Source: an uncultured Bacteriovoracaceae bacterium
GTDB taxonomy: Bacteria > Bdellovibrionota > UBA2394
NCBI GenBank assembly: GCA_964655245.1
Contig: CAZZLQ010000005.1
Location: 1-57,652 of the forward strand
Direction: 5' to 3'
Length of the DNA stretch: 57,652 bases
Position numbers and translations under genes: made by a program. This document shows positions 55,466-57,652 of this stretch, piece by piece. The notes below the pieces were generated by a model. The model made no database searches and was not told the origin of the DNA. It was given only the letters and a program-made list of their open reading frames with translations. Each line of letters begins with the position of its first letter. Positions within the stretch are counted from its first letter, which is position 1.

Positions 55466-57178
55466 GTGATTAGGATTGGATTTTTCATTTTTTGCTCAGC
55501 AGTTTTAAGCCCCTTACTCCTTGCCGACGGCAAGAGCCAATCAAAGCCGCCCGCGGAATGGTTTTTTGAACCGCGAGAGGCCCATGAAGACAGCTCTGAC
55601 TTTCAAGCGCGCCGCGCACGACAAGCCTCTCAAGAGAGCGTTCTGATTCTCAATGAGCGAGCAAACATCTTCACTGCGGAATCGGAAAGTGGAAGTGGAT
55701 CAGGAATCATCCTTCAGGTTACAGCAGAGCATATTCTGATTCTCACCAATGAACATGTTGTTCGAAGAGGTGCGCATGAATCTCAAGTCATCAAAGTGGC
55801 CTTCACCAATCCCGATGGCAGTGACGAGTGGACGTTTGCTACCGCTGTGAAGACAAGCATGCAGCGAGACGTCGCCGTCATGATTGTTCCTCGATCTTCG
55901 ATCAAAACAGCTCAACCTCAGGAGGCGAAGATCCCTGTCTCTCCCGAGCACCTTCAGTATTTGCTTCAACGAGGACGCAACAACTTTGCTTTTGGAAATC
56001 CCCTTGGTGGCAGAAATGTTTTCACAAAGGGAGTTCTCTCGGGGCTTCCCACAACGGCCATGGACGATGAGATCATGATCCAAACGGACGCGCCTATTAA
56101 TCCAGGAAACTCTGGCGGACCTCTCTATGACATTGCCACAGGTTCTGTTATCGGAATGAATACCGACAAAGTGGCGAGTGCCTACGTCGATTCCGTCGGA
56201 CGTGCAATCCCCATCACGACGGCATTGCAAGAAGCTCAGCGTCTCTTGGATGGTCGTCACGATCAAGGCCAGGGATACATTCCAGGCCGGACAGAGCGAA
56301 TCCCCATCTCCCTTCTTCAAAAGGAAGGAACCTGGCCGATCGTTGAGAAGAACTATCCGGATCTCTTGGCAGCTCAGCAGAAGTTTAAGCAAGCTTCGCA
56401 GGGTCTTCAGATTCTCACGGACATTCATCCTGATTCGGGCCTCCAAGTGGGAGATGTCATCATCAAAGCCAATCAATCTTATGTGGGATCTGATGAGAGA
56501 GAATTGATCCGACGCATTCGTTCGACTGCCAACCAACAGGTTCAGTTTGAAGTCTTAAGAGGGGATCAGATTGTTAAGATTAATGTTCATGTCCAGGATA
56601 TGCTTCAATCTTTGCGAGCGAGAGAAACCAACTTCGCAGCCGTTGGCGGCCTGATTTTGCAGATGCCTCTGCTCAATGAAGATGGTGACTATCTTCGGGG
56701 AGAAAAGGGAGTTCTTGTGACTGAGATTGTTCCTGGCTCTCCAGGCTCTAAACTCATGGAACAGGGTGAACTCGCCAGGTTCTCTCTTATTTATAAGGCG
56801 CAAGTCGGAACCAAGACGTTTGCTATTGAAAGCCTCGAGGATGTCCACCAACTGGCCGACCATCTCAAGGCCTCAGATCATAAGCTCGTTCGACTCTATG
56901 TGAAGAACCCTATCCGCCTTTTCCAACCCGACCAACTCAAACTCAAAACTCTCCTCGACACCAACGGGCTACCCGTTCTGAATTCCAAGCCTGAGTTCGT
57001 CTTACTGGAATCGCCGGAAGTGATCACCTCTCGTAACGGCGAGATGAATGAACTCAGAGAAGAGCTCAATCGAAGTCTTTTGTCAGGAACAGTTTACAAT
57101 TTCACGGATGCCGCTCGATCTGCATCTGACCGTTGTGCTCAAAGGCTCAAAGATTTAAAGTCTTCGAATGAGACTTAA
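55466..57178 (+). CDS. HtrA/DegP-like trypsin serine protease with PDZ-like domains
   Basis: GSGII, LTNEHVV, DVAV, IQTDAPINPGNSGGP, GLQVGDVII, GVLVTEIVPGSP; signal peptide. Confidence 0.9.
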   Translation: MIRIGFFIFCSAVLSPLLLADGKSQSKPPAEWFFEPREAHEDSSDFQARRARQASQESVLILNERANIFTAESESGSGSGIILQVTAEHILILTNEHVVRRGAHESQVIKVAFTNPDGSDEWTFATAVKTSMQRDVAVMIVPRSSIKTAQPQEAKIPVSPEHLQYLLQRGRNNFAFGNPLGGRNVFTKGVLSGLPTTAMDDEIMIQTDAPINPGNSGGPLYDIATGSVIGMNTDKVASAYVDSVGRAIPITTALQEAQRLLDGRHDQGQGYIPGRTERIPISLLQKEGTWPIVEKNYPDLLAAQQKFKQASQGLQILTDIHPDSGLQVGDVIIKANQSYVGSDERELIRRIRSTANQQVQFEVLRGDQIVKINVHVQDMLQSLRARETNFAAVGGLILQMPLLNEDGDYLRGEKGVLVTEIVPGSPGSKLMEQGELARFSLIYKAQVGTKTFAIESLEDVHQLADHLKASDHKLVRLYVKNPIRLFQPDQLKLKTLLDTNGLPVLNSKPEFVLLESPEVITSRNGEMNELREELNRSLLSGTVYNFTDAARSASDRCAQRLKDLKSSNET

Positions 57179-57652
57179 GACATCGCTTTTCTCTCAATCC
57201 CTGACGTTTTGGATTTTTCTCAGTTTGCTTTTAGGAACTCTCGCGGGAATTCTGATTCACCAGTCGGCTGGACCCGATTGGTACTCATCAAGCTCAATCC
57301 GACAGATTTTTCAGTTTGGAGCTGAGGGTTTTTTACGGCTGTTAAGATTCATTGTTGTTCCCGTCGTGCTCGTTTCTCTGACCTGCGGAGTGGCTGGACT
57401 TCAGAATATCAAGGAGTTTGGAAAGATTGCCGGCAAGACGTTTTGTATATACCTCGGGACAACCTTGATGGCCGTTGCGCTGGCGATGAGTGCAGGCTTT
57501 TTGACGAGACCTGGCGAGGGGTTTAATCTTGGTCGAGATGGTACAAGTGCTCCAGCACCAGCCGCGCCCTCAATCCTAGACACCTTTCTCAACATCATTC
57601 CCTCGAATTTGTTTTCCGCTCTTACTAACGCAGACATGCTCCAAGTCATCTT
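57168..57652 (+). CDS. Dicarboxylate/amino acid:cation symporter (GltP family), runs off the window end
   Basis: Hand translation: MRLKTSLFSQSLTFWIFLSLLLG...FLRLLRFIVVPVV...PGEG...NIIPSNLFSAL..ADMLQVI; absent from the ORF track because no stop is in the window. Confidence 0.88.
   Translation, partial: MRLKTSLFSQSLTFWIFLSLLLGTLAGILIHQSAGPDWYSSSSIRQIFQFGAEGFLRLLRFIVVPVVLVSLTCGVAGLQNIKEFGKIAGKTFCIYLGTTLMAVALAMSAGFLTRPGEGFNLGRDGTSAPAPAAPSILDTFLNIIPSNLFSALTNADMLQVI

Noticed and set aside
55700-56536. Long antisense ORF (278 aa), and similar ones at 2948-3706, 12047-12754 and 46791-47345
   Set aside because: They overlap well-supported opposite-strand genes and have no motifs; shadow ORFs
57401-57649. 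82-aa minus-strand ORF at the window end
   Set aside because: Antisense to the GltP-family gene starting at 57168
1-57652. CRISPR arrays, tRNAs, IS elements, prophage
   Set aside because: No regular repeat-spacer pattern, cloverleaf, transposase, integrase or phage gene seen by eye; short or degenerate repeats could be missed

Overview
A gene-dense bacterial chromosomal window, roughly 48% GC by eye. The gene content (tandem HD-GYP proteins, PilZ, TldD/TldE, giant minor pilins, many orphan exported proteins) suggests a Bdellovibrionota/Oligoflexia-like organism; this is inference only. Housekeeping genes include mnmA, rnc, der, hemH, cysS, an ABC-F, yebC, ampG and a desaturase. There is also a URC-type uracil catabolism operon (mmsA-URC1-URC4-upp-udk). 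I saw no rRNA, tRNA, CRISPR array or mobile element. The main signal is a dispersed set of nine signal-peptide proteins sharing a terminal lone-cysteine helical tag, C-x3-[LIV]-x2-[LIVMA]. In seven of them this is the only Cys of the mature chain. Several carry domains that normally work only in a cytoplasm: a degenerate sigma70-family factor, a triple-AAA+ Clp/FtsH-protease fusion, a PepC-type peptidase and a kinase-like fold. Six of the nine lie behind sigma54-type promoters, whereas many housekeeping genes look leaderless under sigma70 promoters. This is a candidate undescribed effector-export system. A self-contained ~150 nt structured small transcript with a perfect Shine-Dalgarno lies divergent from cysS.
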